64,000 nt of DNA from an uncultured Acidobacteriota bacterium (GTDB lineage: Bacteria; Acidobacteriota; Vicinamibacteria; Vicinamibacterales; UBA8438). The stretch covers positions 1 to 64,000 of the forward strand of contig CAJWLU010000003.1 of the NCBI GenBank assembly GCA_913043225.1, read 5' to 3'. Positions within the stretch are counted from its first letter, which is position 1. Every line of letters starts with the position of its first letter. Below are positions 29,718 through 39,560 of the stretch, in pieces. A program made the translations under genes and the position numbers. A model generated the notes under the pieces. That model was not told the DNA's origin. It ran no database searches and worked only from the letters and a program-made list of their open reading frames with translations.

Positions 29718-30901
29718 CGGGATAGATTCTCATACCACTTCAGGTTCGACGTACGGCCGCCGATGCAGACGATGTCCATCTGATAGTCGCGATTCATATC
29801 GACGGCCAGGCAGCCTGAGGGCGCCATGCCTTGATCGTCGACCACTTGGCGGGTCCAGCGGGTGTCGTCATCCTCGGCGCTCCAGAGATACAGGGTCTGG
29901 CCATCCCCGCGATCGCCGGCCACGATCTCGTCCCGGCCGTCGCCGTCGAAGTCGGCCGTCACGATGGTGTGACCGCCGTTGATGGTGCCAATCACCTGGC
30001 GCGACCAGGCCCCCTCGTCCTCTCGGTAGACTACGACCTGATCGCCGTGCCACGGCTCGATGGTGGCGACGTAGGTCTGGTCTCCGAGGCGTCCCGTCTC
30101 CACCTCGCTGGCGCCGCTGGCGGGCCACTCGGCGGGGGCGCCTTCCGTGATCCGCGTGCGTACCCAGTCACCGTCGATGAACTGATGCACATGGACCCCG
30201 AGGAAGCTGGCGCTGAACACGGCATCCCTGTCGGGGTCTTGCCACGGTTTGACCAGCAGTCCATGCACTACCCCTCCGTCTACGCCCGTGACCACGTGAC
30301 GCGACCAGTCCTCCGGGTTGTACCAGTAGATCGGCGTGTCATCTCGGTAGTCTGGCGAGGTAGCGGCCAAGCCGGCGAGCGGCGAGTTGATCAGCACTTT
30401 CCGGCCGCTTCCGTCGATGTCGGCCCAGCGCAGGCGATGAGCGGTCGGTGCGCGGTCAATCTCGCGCATAGTCCAGCGGGCACGCGGGTCGCCGTCATGG
30501 GTCAGCAGTGACACGACCCCCAAGCTGTCGGCGTGCGTTGTCCCGAACTCGTGGGCGAGTACGAGCTCCGGAATGCCGTCGCCATCCAGATCGTGGGGCG
30601 CCAGATTGATCGATCGATTGAGTCCGTCGGCGATGAGATGGCGCTCCCACCCTGGGTTTTCGTACCAGGCCAGCTGGTCGAGGCCCACTGACAGCGCGAT
30701 GACGTCGAGGCGACCATCCGCGTTCATGTCCACCACGATCGGTTGGTAACCGCCCCGCTCGAGTGTCGCGATGGTGTGGGTGCGGAAGCGCACGTCGTCG
30801 TTGGCTGTCTGTGCCGTAGCCTCAGGGGTGACGACGTGGGTGCCGACCAGGACGATGGCGGTGAACGCCTGGCCGATCCGGTTGAGGGTGACCATAAGCA
30901 A
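29714..30901 (-). CDS. FG-GAP/VCBS repeat beta-propeller protein
   Basis: DMNADGRLDV, DLDGDGIPELV, DFDGDGRDEIV, WYEN repeats; signal peptide. Confidence 0.8.
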   Translation of the reverse strand: MLMVTLNRIGQAFTAIVLVGTHVVTPEATAQTANDDVRFRTHTIATLERGGYQPIVVDMNADGRLDVIALSVGLDQLAWYENPGWERHLIADGLNRSINLAPHDLDGDGIPELVLAHEFGTTHADSLGVVSLLTHDGDPRARWTMREIDRAPTAHRLRWADIDGSGRKVLINSPLAGLAATSPDYRDDTPIYWYNPEDWSRHVVTGVDGGVVHGLLVKPWQDPDRDAVFSASFLGVHVHQFIDGDWVRTRITEGAPAEWPASGASEVETGRLGDQTYVATIEPWHGDQVVVYREDEGAWSRQVIGTINGGHTIVTADFDGDGRDEIVAGDRGDGQTLYLWSAEDDDTRWTRQVVDDQGMAPSGCLAVDMNRDYQMDIVCIGGRTSNLKWYENLSR

Positions 30902-31021
30902 CTCCTGGGAACGCTCAGGACGCTACCAGACCCTCCAGGTGTGAGGCAATGTCGCTTGCTTTGTGCCTGAGGTGAGTCACGCTCCTATAATTCGAGGAAT
31001 CTGGTCGACAGAGGGGGGTGG

Positions 31022-31897
31022 ATGGTGGCATGCGGACGAACCTTGATGGTCGCGGTCGGGTGGTGCGGCCTGGCTGCGGTGTCGGCGGCTCAGGAAAAGA
31101 GCTTCGAGCAGACCGTCGAATTTGTCGCCGGGAGCCGGCTGGAGCTTCAGAGCGACGCGGGGAGTGTCCGGTTGACGGCCTGGGACCAGGAGCGCGTCGA
31201 GATTAGCGCTCGTATCGTGGCGCCGCCCGACGCCGCTTCTGCGCAGTCGGCGGTTGACGGGACAACGGTGGAGGTTCGCGGCAACCGTCGCTCGCTGCGA
31301 ATCCGTTCAAACTACTCTGGGGTCTCTCGCTCCGAACGTGGTTGGCGCGCAGGAGTGCCGCACGTGCATTACGAAATTCGCCTGCCGAGCCAGGTCGACC
31401 TCGAACTGAGCCTCGACCGCAGCGATACGACGCTCTCGGGTCTGGAAGGGCAGCTGATCTTCGAGCTGGACCGGAGCGACCTCACGGTGGCCGAGCTGTC
31501 TGGCACCACCACGATCGTGCTCGACCGGGGCGGCCTCGAGGCGCGCGATCTGTCCGGTGTCGTCGCGCTGGACGTCGACCGGGGCGACAGGTTGCGGGTG
31601 GACGGCGTCGACGGAAGTCTCGACCTTGAGCTCGATCGCACGGATGCGGTCCTGACAAGAGTCCGGCTCGATGGGGACTCGGCGGTCGGGATCGATCGCG
31701 GCGATTTGCTCCTAGAGCTGATGGCCGACCAACCGCTGTCCCTTGAGGTGCAGGGGACTCGCCGGACCAGGGTCCAGGGCGGTGTGCGTCTCCATAGCGG
31801 GTCGGGGCTCGGCGAATACAGCGGCGCGATCGGTGGGGGCGGTGTCCGCTTACACATCGATGCCGACCGCGGGGTCGTTCGCCTCGATACGAACTGA
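31022..31897 (+). CDS. DUF4097-like (adhesin-type beta-helix) secreted protein
   Basis: Signal peptide, GSVRLTAWD, VHYEIRLP, ~19-aa repeats. Confidence 0.65.
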   Translation: MVACGRTLMVAVGWCGLAAVSAAQEKSFEQTVEFVAGSRLELQSDAGSVRLTAWDQERVEISARIVAPPDAASAQSAVDGTTVEVRGNRRSLRIRSNYSGVSRSERGWRAGVPHVHYEIRLPSQVDLELSLDRSDTTLSGLEGQLIFELDRSDLTVAELSGTTTIVLDRGGLEARDLSGVVALDVDRGDRLRVDGVDGSLDLELDRTDAVLTRVRLDGDSAVGIDRGDLLLELMADQPLSLEVQGTRRTRVQGGVRLHSGSGLGEYSGAIGGGGVRLHIDADRGVVRLDTN

Positions 31898-31948
31898 CAA
31901 CGGACCCTAGGCCTTCGTGGCCCATGTCGCCTTTGAAGTTGCGGAAAT

Positions 31949-32158
31949 CTAACCGCTGACGAGACGTTCCAGGCTGGCACCCATCCTCTCCTCGGCGGCC
32001 ATGCTGCGTCGCGTCAAGTTGTTGTTCTTGAGCGACCGAAAGCCCTTGTCGTGCATAAACTGGAGCTGATCAACCAGGTCCTGACTGGCGTGGCGCTGGA
32101 ATATGCCGGCATGGGGGTAGTCGAGTCCGAACGGCGATCCGGCACTGGTCTGCCAGGC
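31949..32158 (-). pseudogene. Fragment resembling the N-terminus of a hydroxypyruvate-isomerase/xylose-isomerase-like TIM-barrel protein
   Basis: Hand translation FGLDYPHAGIFQRHASQDLVDQLQFMHDKGFRSLKNN... ends in TAG at 31949-31951; not in the ORF track. Confidence 0.45.
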
Positions 32159-32328
32159 AGCCGGGCGGGTGGCCGCCAGTCCGACAACCGGTTGGAGAAA
32201 CCGTCGTCACTGCGTGTTTGTGGAGCCCCCTGTCCTGCGTCGCGAGTCTATTGTGCATCGCAAGGTTGCCGAACGCCCGCTGGGTCACCCTTGACAGCGA
32301 TTCTCCGAGCCTCGAAACTCCAGGCACC

Positions 32329-33108
32329 ATGAGCGAATCGACCCCCCTGGCGGGAAAGACCGGTCTCGTGTTCGGCGTCGCGAACAAGCGGAGCATCGCT
32401 TGGGCCATTGCGCAGGCCTGGGCCGAGGCCGGCGCGAACCTGATCTTTAACTACCAGGGCGAGCGGCTCCGGGGCAACCTCGAGCAGCTGACCTCGACGT
32501 TCGGCGAGGACGTGCCGATGTATCCCTGCGATGTCAGCAGCGACCAGGAGATCGACGCGTTCTTCGAGCGAGTGCGGTCGCACACCGACCGGGTCGACCT
32601 GCTGTTGCATGCGGTGGCGTTTGCCCCGAAGGAGGCGCTCGAGGGCGATTTTCTGGGCACTACCCGCGAAGCGTTCGCCGCCTCTCACGACATCAGCGCC
32701 TATTCGTTGGTGGCGTTGTCCCAGCGGGCCGCACCGTTGATGACTGCCGGCGGCAGCATCATAGCCATGAGCTACTACGGCGCCGAGAAGGTCGTCCCGC
32801 ACTACAACGTCATGGGGGTCGCGAAAGCGAGTCTTGAGGCGTCGACCCGCTATCTGGCCCGTGATCTTGGCGAGCGGCAGATCCGGGTGAATTGCATCAG
32901 CGCCGGACCGGTGCAGACGCTGGCGGCGCGTGGTATCTCGGGCTTCACCACTATGCTCAACCACTACAAAGAGCATGCGCCGCTCAAGCGGAGTTGCGAC
33001 CCGGTCGAGCTGGGCAAGACCGGTGTGTTTCTGGCCAGCGATGGCGCCGCCGCCATCACCGGGCAAACCATCTACGTGGACGGCGGCTACCAGATTATGG
33101 GGATGTGA
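32329..33108 (+). CDS. fabI: Enoyl-ACP reductase
   Basis: GVANKRSIAWAIA, YNVMGVAKASLE, ISAGPVQTLAARGI; start ATG 32329. Confidence 0.95.
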   Translation: MSESTPLAGKTGLVFGVANKRSIAWAIAQAWAEAGANLIFNYQGERLRGNLEQLTSTFGEDVPMYPCDVSSDQEIDAFFERVRSHTDRVDLLLHAVAFAPKEALEGDFLGTTREAFAASHDISAYSLVALSQRAAPLMTAGGSIIAMSYYGAEKVVPHYNVMGVAKASLEASTRYLARDLGERQIRVNCISAGPVQTLAARGISGFTTMLNHYKEHAPLKRSCDPVELGKTGVFLASDGAAAITGQTIYVDGGYQIMGM

Positions 33109-33110
33109 TT

Positions 33111-34118
33111 ATGAGCATGCGTGTTCTCCTCTCGGTATCGGCGGTAGGTTTGTTCTTGGGCGTGGCGGCGCCCGCCGCCGCGCTGTGCCACCCTGACGGC
33201 GACGTGGAGTTCATCTGTGGACCGGTTAGTCCCGAGGACCTCGTGCTGGTGCCCGATTCGCCGTGGGTGATCGCGGCCGGTATGGAGGACGACGGCTATC
33301 TCTATGCCATCGATCGACGGGATCTCAGCGTCGTGTCGCTGTTTCCCTCGGCCAGTTATCGCGCGAAACCGGATCCCCTCTACAGCGGGTGTTCACGCAT
33401 GGTGACCGGTGGTTTCCGGCCCCACGGTCTTAGCCTCCGGGCGGGCGCCGGAGGTAGACACACCCTGTATGTCGTGCGCCACGGCGCCCGGGAAGCGATC
33501 GAAGTGTTCGAGCTCAATGCTCGGCCCGGTGTGCCGGCCCTGACCTGGCAAGGCTGCGCGGAGGCGCCCGACGGCGTGACCTTTAACTCGGTGACCGCGC
33601 TCCCAGAGCAGGGGTTTGCCGCGACGCACTTCAACCGTCCCGAGGGAGAGTTGTGGGAGTGGGCGCCCGGCGATGGGTGGACTGAGGTGCCCGGAAGTAC
33701 CTGGAACGGCCCCAACGGTTTGGTATCGTCGCCGGACGGAGCGTGGTTCTACATCGGTGGGTGGGGAACCAACTCGCTGGTGCGGCTCTCGAGAGGGCGG
33801 ACGCCGGTCGAGGTAGATACCGTGGAGGTTGGATTCCACATCGACAATGTGCGCTGGGCCCCCGACGGCTCGCTGCTGGCGGCAGGGCACCACTGGGATG
33901 ACGATGCCGCCTTGGGCCGGTGTCTCCAGCAGGGTGACTGCGACGGCGTGACCTCGCGAGTGGCCCGGGTGGACCCCGAGACCCTCAGCGCCGAGGAGAT
34001 CGTCCGTTATCCCTCGAACGACTACTTCCTGTTCGGCACCGTGGGACTGCAGGTCGGCGACGAGGTCTGGGTCGGCAGCATCGCCGGCTCGAACCGGATT
34101 GCCCGATTCCGCCGGTAG
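33111..34118 (+). CDS. Secreted SMP-30/gluconolactonase/paraoxonase-like beta-propeller
   Basis: Signal peptide, PEDL, PHGLSL, GPNG, IDNVRW; start ATG 33111. Confidence 0.75.
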   Translation: MSMRVLLSVSAVGLFLGVAAPAAALCHPDGDVEFICGPVSPEDLVLVPDSPWVIAAGMEDDGYLYAIDRRDLSVVSLFPSASYRAKPDPLYSGCSRMVTGGFRPHGLSLRAGAGGRHTLYVVRHGAREAIEVFELNARPGVPALTWQGCAEAPDGVTFNSVTALPEQGFAATHFNRPEGELWEWAPGDGWTEVPGSTWNGPNGLVSSPDGAWFYIGGWGTNSLVRLSRGRTPVEVDTVEVGFHIDNVRWAPDGSLLAAGHHWDDDAALGRCLQQGDCDGVTSRVARVDPETLSAEEIVRYPSNDYFLFGTVGLQVGDEVWVGSIAGSNRIARFRR

Positions 34119-34322
34119 CTGCCGGTAGCCGGTATGGACGTCCAACCGGCTAACTTACGGGCACTTGGCTGTACCCGCGGGGGTCGAGTGCCTCGGTGCC
34201 GAGGGGACTAAGTGCCTTCGCTGTTCCACAGTCTAGAGCCCACGTCCGGAACGGCGGGGTTCGTCCTTGTCCCCGCCTCTACTTCCCGTTAGGCTTACGA
34301 TCCCACTCGCGAGAGGACAGAG

Positions 34323-34787
34323 ATGGCCAAGGTCACAATCACCGTCAACGGCAAGACCCGTGCGGCGGAGGTCGAGCCGCGCATGCTGCTCGTGCACTTC
34401 CTGCGGGAACAGCTCAATCTCACCGGTACCCACGTGGGCTGCGATACCAGTCAGTGCGGCGCCTGCACCGTGCTCATCGATGGTCGGAGCGCCAAGTCGT
34501 GCACCGTGTTCGCCGTGCAGGCGGATGGGTCCGAGGTCACGACGATCGAGGGCCTCGCCGTTGCCGACGAGCTGCATCCGCTGCAGAACGGGTTCTGGGA
34601 GGAGCACGGACTGCAGTGCGGCTATTGCACGCCTGGCATGATCATGTCGGCCGCGAATTTGCTGCAGGACAATCCGTCGCCTAGTGAGGAGGAGATCCGA
34701 CACGGACTTGATGGCAACCTATGCCGGTGCACGGGTTATCAGCATATCGTCAACGCCGTGCAGCATGCGGCCGGGACCAAGGAGTAA
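34323..34787 (+). CDS. coxS: Molybdenum hydroxylase small (2x[2Fe-2S]) subunit, CoxS-like
   Basis: [27 protein letters not shown]. Confidence 0.92.
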   Translation: MAKVTITVNGKTRAAEVEPRMLLVHFLREQLNLTGTHVGCDTSQCGACTVLIDGRSAKSCTVFAVQADGSEVTTIEGLAVADELHPLQNGFWEEHGLQCGYCTPGMIMSAANLLQDNPSPSEEEIRHGLDGNLCRCTGYQHIVNAVQHAAGTKE

Positions 34788-34790
34788 CCG

Positions 34791-37166
34791 ATGGCGGCAT
34801 CACCAGTACTGCCGAAGTTGGTCGGGACCCGCGTCAAGCGCCGCGAGGATCCGAGGCTGATCCAGGGTAAGGCCACCTACGTCGATGACGTTAAGCTCGT
34901 GGGCATGTTGCACGTCGCCTTCAAGCGGAGCGACGTGGCTCACGGTCAGATCACCAACGTCGATACGAGCGCGGCTGCCGGTATGCCCGGCGTCGAGGCG
35001 GTCTATACCGGCGCCCAGATTGCCGAGTTCGTCGGGCCGATGCCGATCGGCACGCCATTCCCGTCACCCGATCACCATCCCGTGGCCGTGGACACGGTCC
35101 GCTATGTGGGTGAACCGGTGGCCGTGGTAGTGGCAACCGATCGCTACCTGGCGCGGGATGCGGCCGACGCTGTCGTCGTTGACTACAAGATGCTACCGGC
35201 GGTGGTCGATCCAGAGAAGGCCATGACCGGGGAGCCAGCGCAGATTCACGCTGACTTCGAGAACAACCTCGCGGTGGACTCCCTGCCGAGCGGCACCGGC
35301 GTGTCCGCCGATCTGCAGACGGTCGACAGCAGCGCCGTAGACGAGGCCTTCGCCAAGGCCGAGCAAGAAGGCGTCGTGGTGTCGCAGCGGATGGTCAACC
35401 AGCGGCTAGCCCCGACGGCGATGGAGCCGAGGGGGGTCGTGGCGCACTACGAGCCTGGCAAGGACTCGATGACCATCTGGTCGTCGACACAGAACCCCCA
35501 CATCCTGCGTACGTTCATTGCCGGGATGAACGGGATGGGGCAGGACCAGGTGCGGGCGATCGCGCCTGAAGTCGGCGGTGGGTTCGGCGCCAAGATCAAC
35601 ATTTACGGCGAGGAGTACGTCGTCGCTGGTGTCTCCAAACAGCTCGGCGTACCGGTCAAGTGGGCCGAGGATCGCTCGGAGGCTTTCCTGGCCACCATCC
35701 ATGGACGCGGCATCACCGGCTACATTGACATTGCCGCGAAGAAGGACGGCAAGGTGCTGGGGATGAAGCTACGCCTCATCGCTGACATCGGCGCCTACAA
35801 TATGTTGCTTACGGCGGCGATCCCGACCCTGACCACGTTGATGGCGAACGCCACCTACGACATCCCTGCCATCCGCACCACGCTGTACGAGGTGTTCACG
35901 AATAAGACGCCGACCGACGCCTACCGCGGAGCCGGACGTCCCGAGGCGACCTACTTCGTCGAGCGCGGCATGGACATGCTCGCGCGTGAGCTCGGCATGG
36001 ACCCCGGCGAGGTGCGGCGACGGAACTTCATTCAACCGGACCAGTTCCCCTACGCCACCCAGATGGGGGCGGTCTACGACTCGGGCGACTACGCGAAGGC
36101 GCTCGACAAGGCGCTGGAAGCAGCGAATTGGGATCAGCTCAAGGCCGAGCGTGATGCGGCCCGGGCCGAGGGCCGGCTCGTCGGGATCGGCCTGGCGATG
36201 TATGTCGAGGTGTGCGGTCTCGGACCGTCGGCCTCACTGCCGACCGGAGGCTGGGAACATGGGCAGGTGACCATCGAGCGTGACGGTCGTATCAGCGCCA
36301 CCACCGGGGCGTCACCGCATGGTCAGGGTAACGAGACCACCTTCGGCCAGATGCTTGCCGACCAGTTCGGCGTGCCGCTCGAGCACGTCACCATCCACCA
36401 CGGTGACACCGGCGTGGTGAAGCAGGGCATCGGTACCTTCGGCAGCCGCTCTCAGGCGGTGGGGGGCACCGTCCTCCACATGGCGGGCGAGAAGGTCAAG
36501 GCGAAGATGGCCAAGTTCGCGGCCGCTCTGCTGGAGGTGCACGAAGACGACCTCGAGTTCGGCGACGGCAAGATCTCGGTCAAGGGCTCGCCCGACTCGA
36601 GCAAGACCATCGCCGAGGTCGCTGCCTACGCCTATGTGCCGGTGCCGCTGCCCGAGGGGCTGACCCCCGGTCTCAGCGAGGAAGCGTTCTGGGAGCCGGC
36701 CAACAACACCTATCCATTCGGGTGTCACATCTCGCTGCTCGAGATCGACCGGGACACCGGCGAGCCGACGTTGCTTAAGCTGGTGGCGGTTGACGACGCC
36801 GGCAACCTCATCAACCCGCTCATTGTCGAGGGGCAGATCCACGGCGGTCTGGCCCAGGGCGTTGGCCAGGCCATGATCGAAGAAGTGGCCTACGGCGATG
36901 ATGGGCAGCCGCTGACCGCTTCGTTCATGGACTACGCCATTCCGCGCGCGGCCGACCTGCCGCGGTTCGAGCTCTCGGCCACCGTGACCCCGACCCCGGT
37001 CAATCCGCTTGGGGCAAAGGGCGTCGGTGAAGCCGGCACCCTGGGCTCGACCCCGTGCATCGTCTCGGCCGCCGTCGACGCGTTGTCCGAGTTCGGAGAG
37101 AAGCATGTCGACATGATGCTGCGGCCCGAGAAGCTGTGGCAGATCATCAACGGAGGACAGTCGTGA
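34791..37166 (+). CDS. coxL: Molybdenum hydroxylase large subunit, form II CoxL-like
   Basis: VGGGFGAK, AYRGAGRPEA active-site loop, GAKGVGEAG. Confidence 0.9.
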   Translation: MAASPVLPKLVGTRVKRREDPRLIQGKATYVDDVKLVGMLHVAFKRSDVAHGQITNVDTSAAAGMPGVEAVYTGAQIAEFVGPMPIGTPFPSPDHHPVAVDTVRYVGEPVAVVVATDRYLARDAADAVVVDYKMLPAVVDPEKAMTGEPAQIHADFENNLAVDSLPSGTGVSADLQTVDSSAVDEAFAKAEQEGVVVSQRMVNQRLAPTAMEPRGVVAHYEPGKDSMTIWSSTQNPHILRTFIAGMNGMGQDQVRAIAPEVGGGFGAKINIYGEEYVVAGVSKQLGVPVKWAEDRSEAFLATIHGRGITGYIDIAAKKDGKVLGMKLRLIADIGAYNMLLTAAIPTLTTLMANATYDIPAIRTTLYEVFTNKTPTDAYRGAGRPEATYFVERGMDMLARELGMDPGEVRRRNFIQPDQFPYATQMGAVYDSGDYAKALDKALEAANWDQLKAERDAARAEGRLVGIGLAMYVEVCGLGPSASLPTGGWEHGQVTIERDGRISATTGASPHGQGNETTFGQMLADQFGVPLEHVTIHHGDTGVVKQGIGTFGSRSQAVGGTVLHMAGEKVKAKMAKFAAALLEVHEDDLEFGDGKISVKGSPDSSKTIAEVAAYAYVPVPLPEGLTPGLSEEAFWEPANNTYPFGCHISLLEIDRDTGEPTLLKLVAVDDAGNLINPLIVEGQIHGGLAQGVGQAMIEEVAYGDDGQPLTASFMDYAIPRAADLPRFELSATVTPTPVNPLGAKGVGEAGTLGSTPCIVSAAVDALSEFGEKHVDMMLRPEKLWQIINGGQS

Positions 37167-38017
37167 TTCCGTCCGCATTCGACTACGCACGGGCAACCTC
37201 GGTTGAGGACGCCGTCGCCAAGCTGGCCGAGGCTGGCGGCGCGGCCAAGCTGCTGGCCGGTGGGCACAGCCTGGTACCGATGATGAAGCTGCGGCTCAAT
37301 GAGCCGTCGACACTGATCGACATCGCGCGGATCCCTGGACTCTCCGGAATCCGGGCCGATGGTGACGCCATCGAGGTGGGGGCGGCGACAGTGCACCACG
37401 AAGTCGCGACCTCCGACCTGCTCGCCGAACAGTGTCCCGCGCTCGCCGAGACCGCGGCAGCCATTGGCGACCCACAGGTGCGGAACCGCGGCACGCTCGG
37501 AGGCAGTCTGGCCCACGCCGACCCGGCCGCCGACTACCCCGCGGTCCTGCTCGCACTCGATGCGAGCGTGCAGCTGCAGGGGGCCAACGGTACGCGCAGC
37601 GTCAACGCGTCAAATTTCTTCCAGGGCCTGTTCACGGTCGACCTGGGCGCCGACGAGATCATCACGGGCATCCGGTTCGCTCCGGCCAAGGTGGCCGCCT
37701 ACGCCAAGCTCTACCAGAGGGCGTCCCGGTTCGCCATCGTCGGTGTGGCCGCGGCGCTTGAGGTGACTGACGGCAAGATCTCGTCCGCGAGACTCGGCCT
37801 GACCGGCGCGTCGACGCACGCGACTCGCATGAGCGCGTCCGAAGCGGCGCTGGTGGGCACCGACGCCACGGCCGAGGCGACCGCCGAGGCGCTGGGCGAC
37901 CCGGGCGCCGGGATCGAGGATGTGAACGACGATCTGCACGCCAGCGAGGGGTATCGCCGGGCGATGGTGTCGGTGTTCACGCGCCGCGCCGTGGCCGCCG
38001 CGCTGGCCCGCGCGTAG
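37163..38017 (+). CDS. coxM: Molybdenum hydroxylase FAD subunit, CoxM-like
   Basis: GTG start overlapping coxL stop; LLAGGHSLVPMMKLRL, VRNRGTLGGSLAHADPAAD. Confidence 0.92.
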   Translation: MIPSAFDYARATSVEDAVAKLAEAGGAAKLLAGGHSLVPMMKLRLNEPSTLIDIARIPGLSGIRADGDAIEVGAATVHHEVATSDLLAEQCPALAETAAAIGDPQVRNRGTLGGSLAHADPAADYPAVLLALDASVQLQGANGTRSVNASNFFQGLFTVDLGADEIITGIRFAPAKVAAYAKLYQRASRFAIVGVAAALEVTDGKISSARLGLTGASTHATRMSASEAALVGTDATAEATAEALGDPGAGIEDVNDDLHASEGYRRAMVSVFTRRAVAAALARA

Positions 38018-38169
38018 GCAGGTGTGTAGATTTCCCGGCGATCCGCTCGTGTGGACAGCGTTGCTCGGTCGGTCACAGCCCACCTGGCTGCCCCTTCCTC
38101 GCGCCTTGCCACACGGACGGCTTGCCTGGAAACCACCGCTTCGGGCCGTACCGGCTTGTCGCCGCCCCG

Positions 38170-38186
38170 TTGGCACTGCGGCAGCA
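38170..38186 (+). promoter_or_regulatory. Possible sigma-54 promoter
   Basis: TTGGCACTGCGGCAGCA: correct GG-N10-GC spacing, but -12 element is CAGC rather than TTGC. Confidence 0.3.
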
Positions 38187-38236
38187 CCTGTGTAACGATC
38201 TGGTGATCTGTTGACGGTTTCGTGGAGTAATTGAAG

Positions 38237-39058
38237 ATGACAAGACGGTTGTGCGCGCTCGTTGGCGCAGCGGCGTTGATCCTGACCCTGGCTCCGTCCG
38301 GGGCGTTGGCGCAGGGAGACATCCCGCGCGCGTTTGATGGCAATCCGGACCTGAACGGGGTCTGGCAGGTGATCGGGACCGCCCACTGGGACCTCCAGGA
38401 CCACCCGGCTGGTCCGGGGCTGCCCGATATGGGCGCGATCGGCGCGATTCCGCCCGGTCAGGGCGTGGTCGTGGGCAACACCATTCCGTATCGACCCGAG
38501 GCACTTGAGCAGAAGCAGGGCAACTTCGAGAACCGGTTCACGGACGATCCGGAGATCAAGTGCTTCATGCCGGGCGTGCCCCGGGCGACCTATCTGCCCT
38601 ATCCGTTCCGCATCATCCAGGGCGACAAAAAGATCATGTTCATCTACGGGTTCTCCGATGCGAACCGGACGGTGCACATGGACAAGGAGAACCCGGAGCC
38701 CGCGCCTATCGACTCGTACATGGGACGCTCGCACGGGAGCTGGGATGGCGAATCGTTGGTCGTCGACGTGGCTGGCTTCAACGGGGAGTCCTGGTTTGAC
38801 CGCGCCGGCAATTTCGCCAGCAATACCTTGCACGTGGTGGAGCGTTACACGCCGATCAATGCCAACGCGTTGATGTACGAGGCGACCATCGAGGATCCGG
38901 CCGTGTTCACCGAGCCGTGGACCATCCGGATGCCGCTTTATCGTCGTCTCGAGGCAAACGCCCAGGTGCTCGAGTTTAAGTGTGTCGAGTACTCGGAGGA
39001 TCTGCTCTACGGACATCTGCGCCGTGAGCCGACCCGCCCGGCGCCGGAAGATCGGTAG
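38237..39058 (+). CDS. Secreted uncharacterised Cys-pair protein (related to the EYACHEGN family)
   Basis: PRAFDGNPDLNGVW, DPEIKCFMPGVPR, GRSHGSWDGESLVVD, LEFKC. Confidence 0.8.
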   Translation: MTRRLCALVGAAALILTLAPSGALAQGDIPRAFDGNPDLNGVWQVIGTAHWDLQDHPAGPGLPDMGAIGAIPPGQGVVVGNTIPYRPEALEQKQGNFENRFTDDPEIKCFMPGVPRATYLPYPFRIIQGDKKIMFIYGFSDANRTVHMDKENPEPAPIDSYMGRSHGSWDGESLVVDVAGFNGESWFDRAGNFASNTLHVVERYTPINANALMYEATIEDPAVFTEPWTIRMPLYRRLEANAQVLEFKCVEYSEDLLYGHLRREPTRPAPEDR

Positions 39059-39125
39059 ACGAACCCGGTCGCGGCCGCGAAGCGGGTAGAATCGGGGAAG
39101 ACTACGAAGGTAGCGAGGTAGGACG

Positions 39126-39560
39126 ATGCGAAAGACGATAGCCACAGTGGTAGCCGGGATCGGACTCGGCGTGCTCGTGACCGGAGCGGCCGTGCAGGCG
39201 CACCACGCGTTTGCGGCGGAGTTCGATGCGGACAAGCCGGTCCGGCTCAGAGGCACCATCACCAAGATGGAGTGGATCAACCCGCACTCGTGGATCCACA
39301 TGGACGTCGAGAACGATGCCGGTGGCGTCGATAGCTGGATGATCGAGGCTGGGCCCCCGGGGGCGCTGGTGCGCCGCGGCTGGTCGAAGCAGTCGGTCAC
39401 GCCCGGCATCGAGATTCTCGTTGAGGGCTATCAGGCGATCGACAGCGCGTTCCGGGCCAACGGCCGCGACGTGACACTGCCCGACGGCCGCCGTCTGTTC
39501 GCCGGTTCGTCCGGCACCGGCGCGCCGCGTGACGGTAGCGACCCGACCGAACCCGAATAG
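39126..39560 (+). CDS. DUF6152-family protein
   Basis: Signal peptide, AHHAFAAEFD, MEWINPHSWI, W.IE.GPP..L.R.GW. Confidence 0.85.
   Translation: MRKTIATVVAGIGLGVLVTGAAVQAHHAFAAEFDADKPVRLRGTITKMEWINPHSWIHMDVENDAGGVDSWMIEAGPPGALVRRGWSKQSVTPGIEILVEGYQAIDSAFRANGRDVTLPDGRRLFAGSSGTGAPRDGSDPTEPE

Noticed and set aside
34140..34322. Moco riboswitch upstream of coxS
   Set aside because: Some GC hairpins are present, but I could not match the Moco RNA consensus.
37610..39409. Long antisense or alternate-frame ORFs (e.g. 599 aa here, 499 aa at 39950-41449, 541 aa at 47552-49177)
   Set aside because: Shadow ORFs overlapping well-supported genes in high-GC DNA, with no recognisable motifs.
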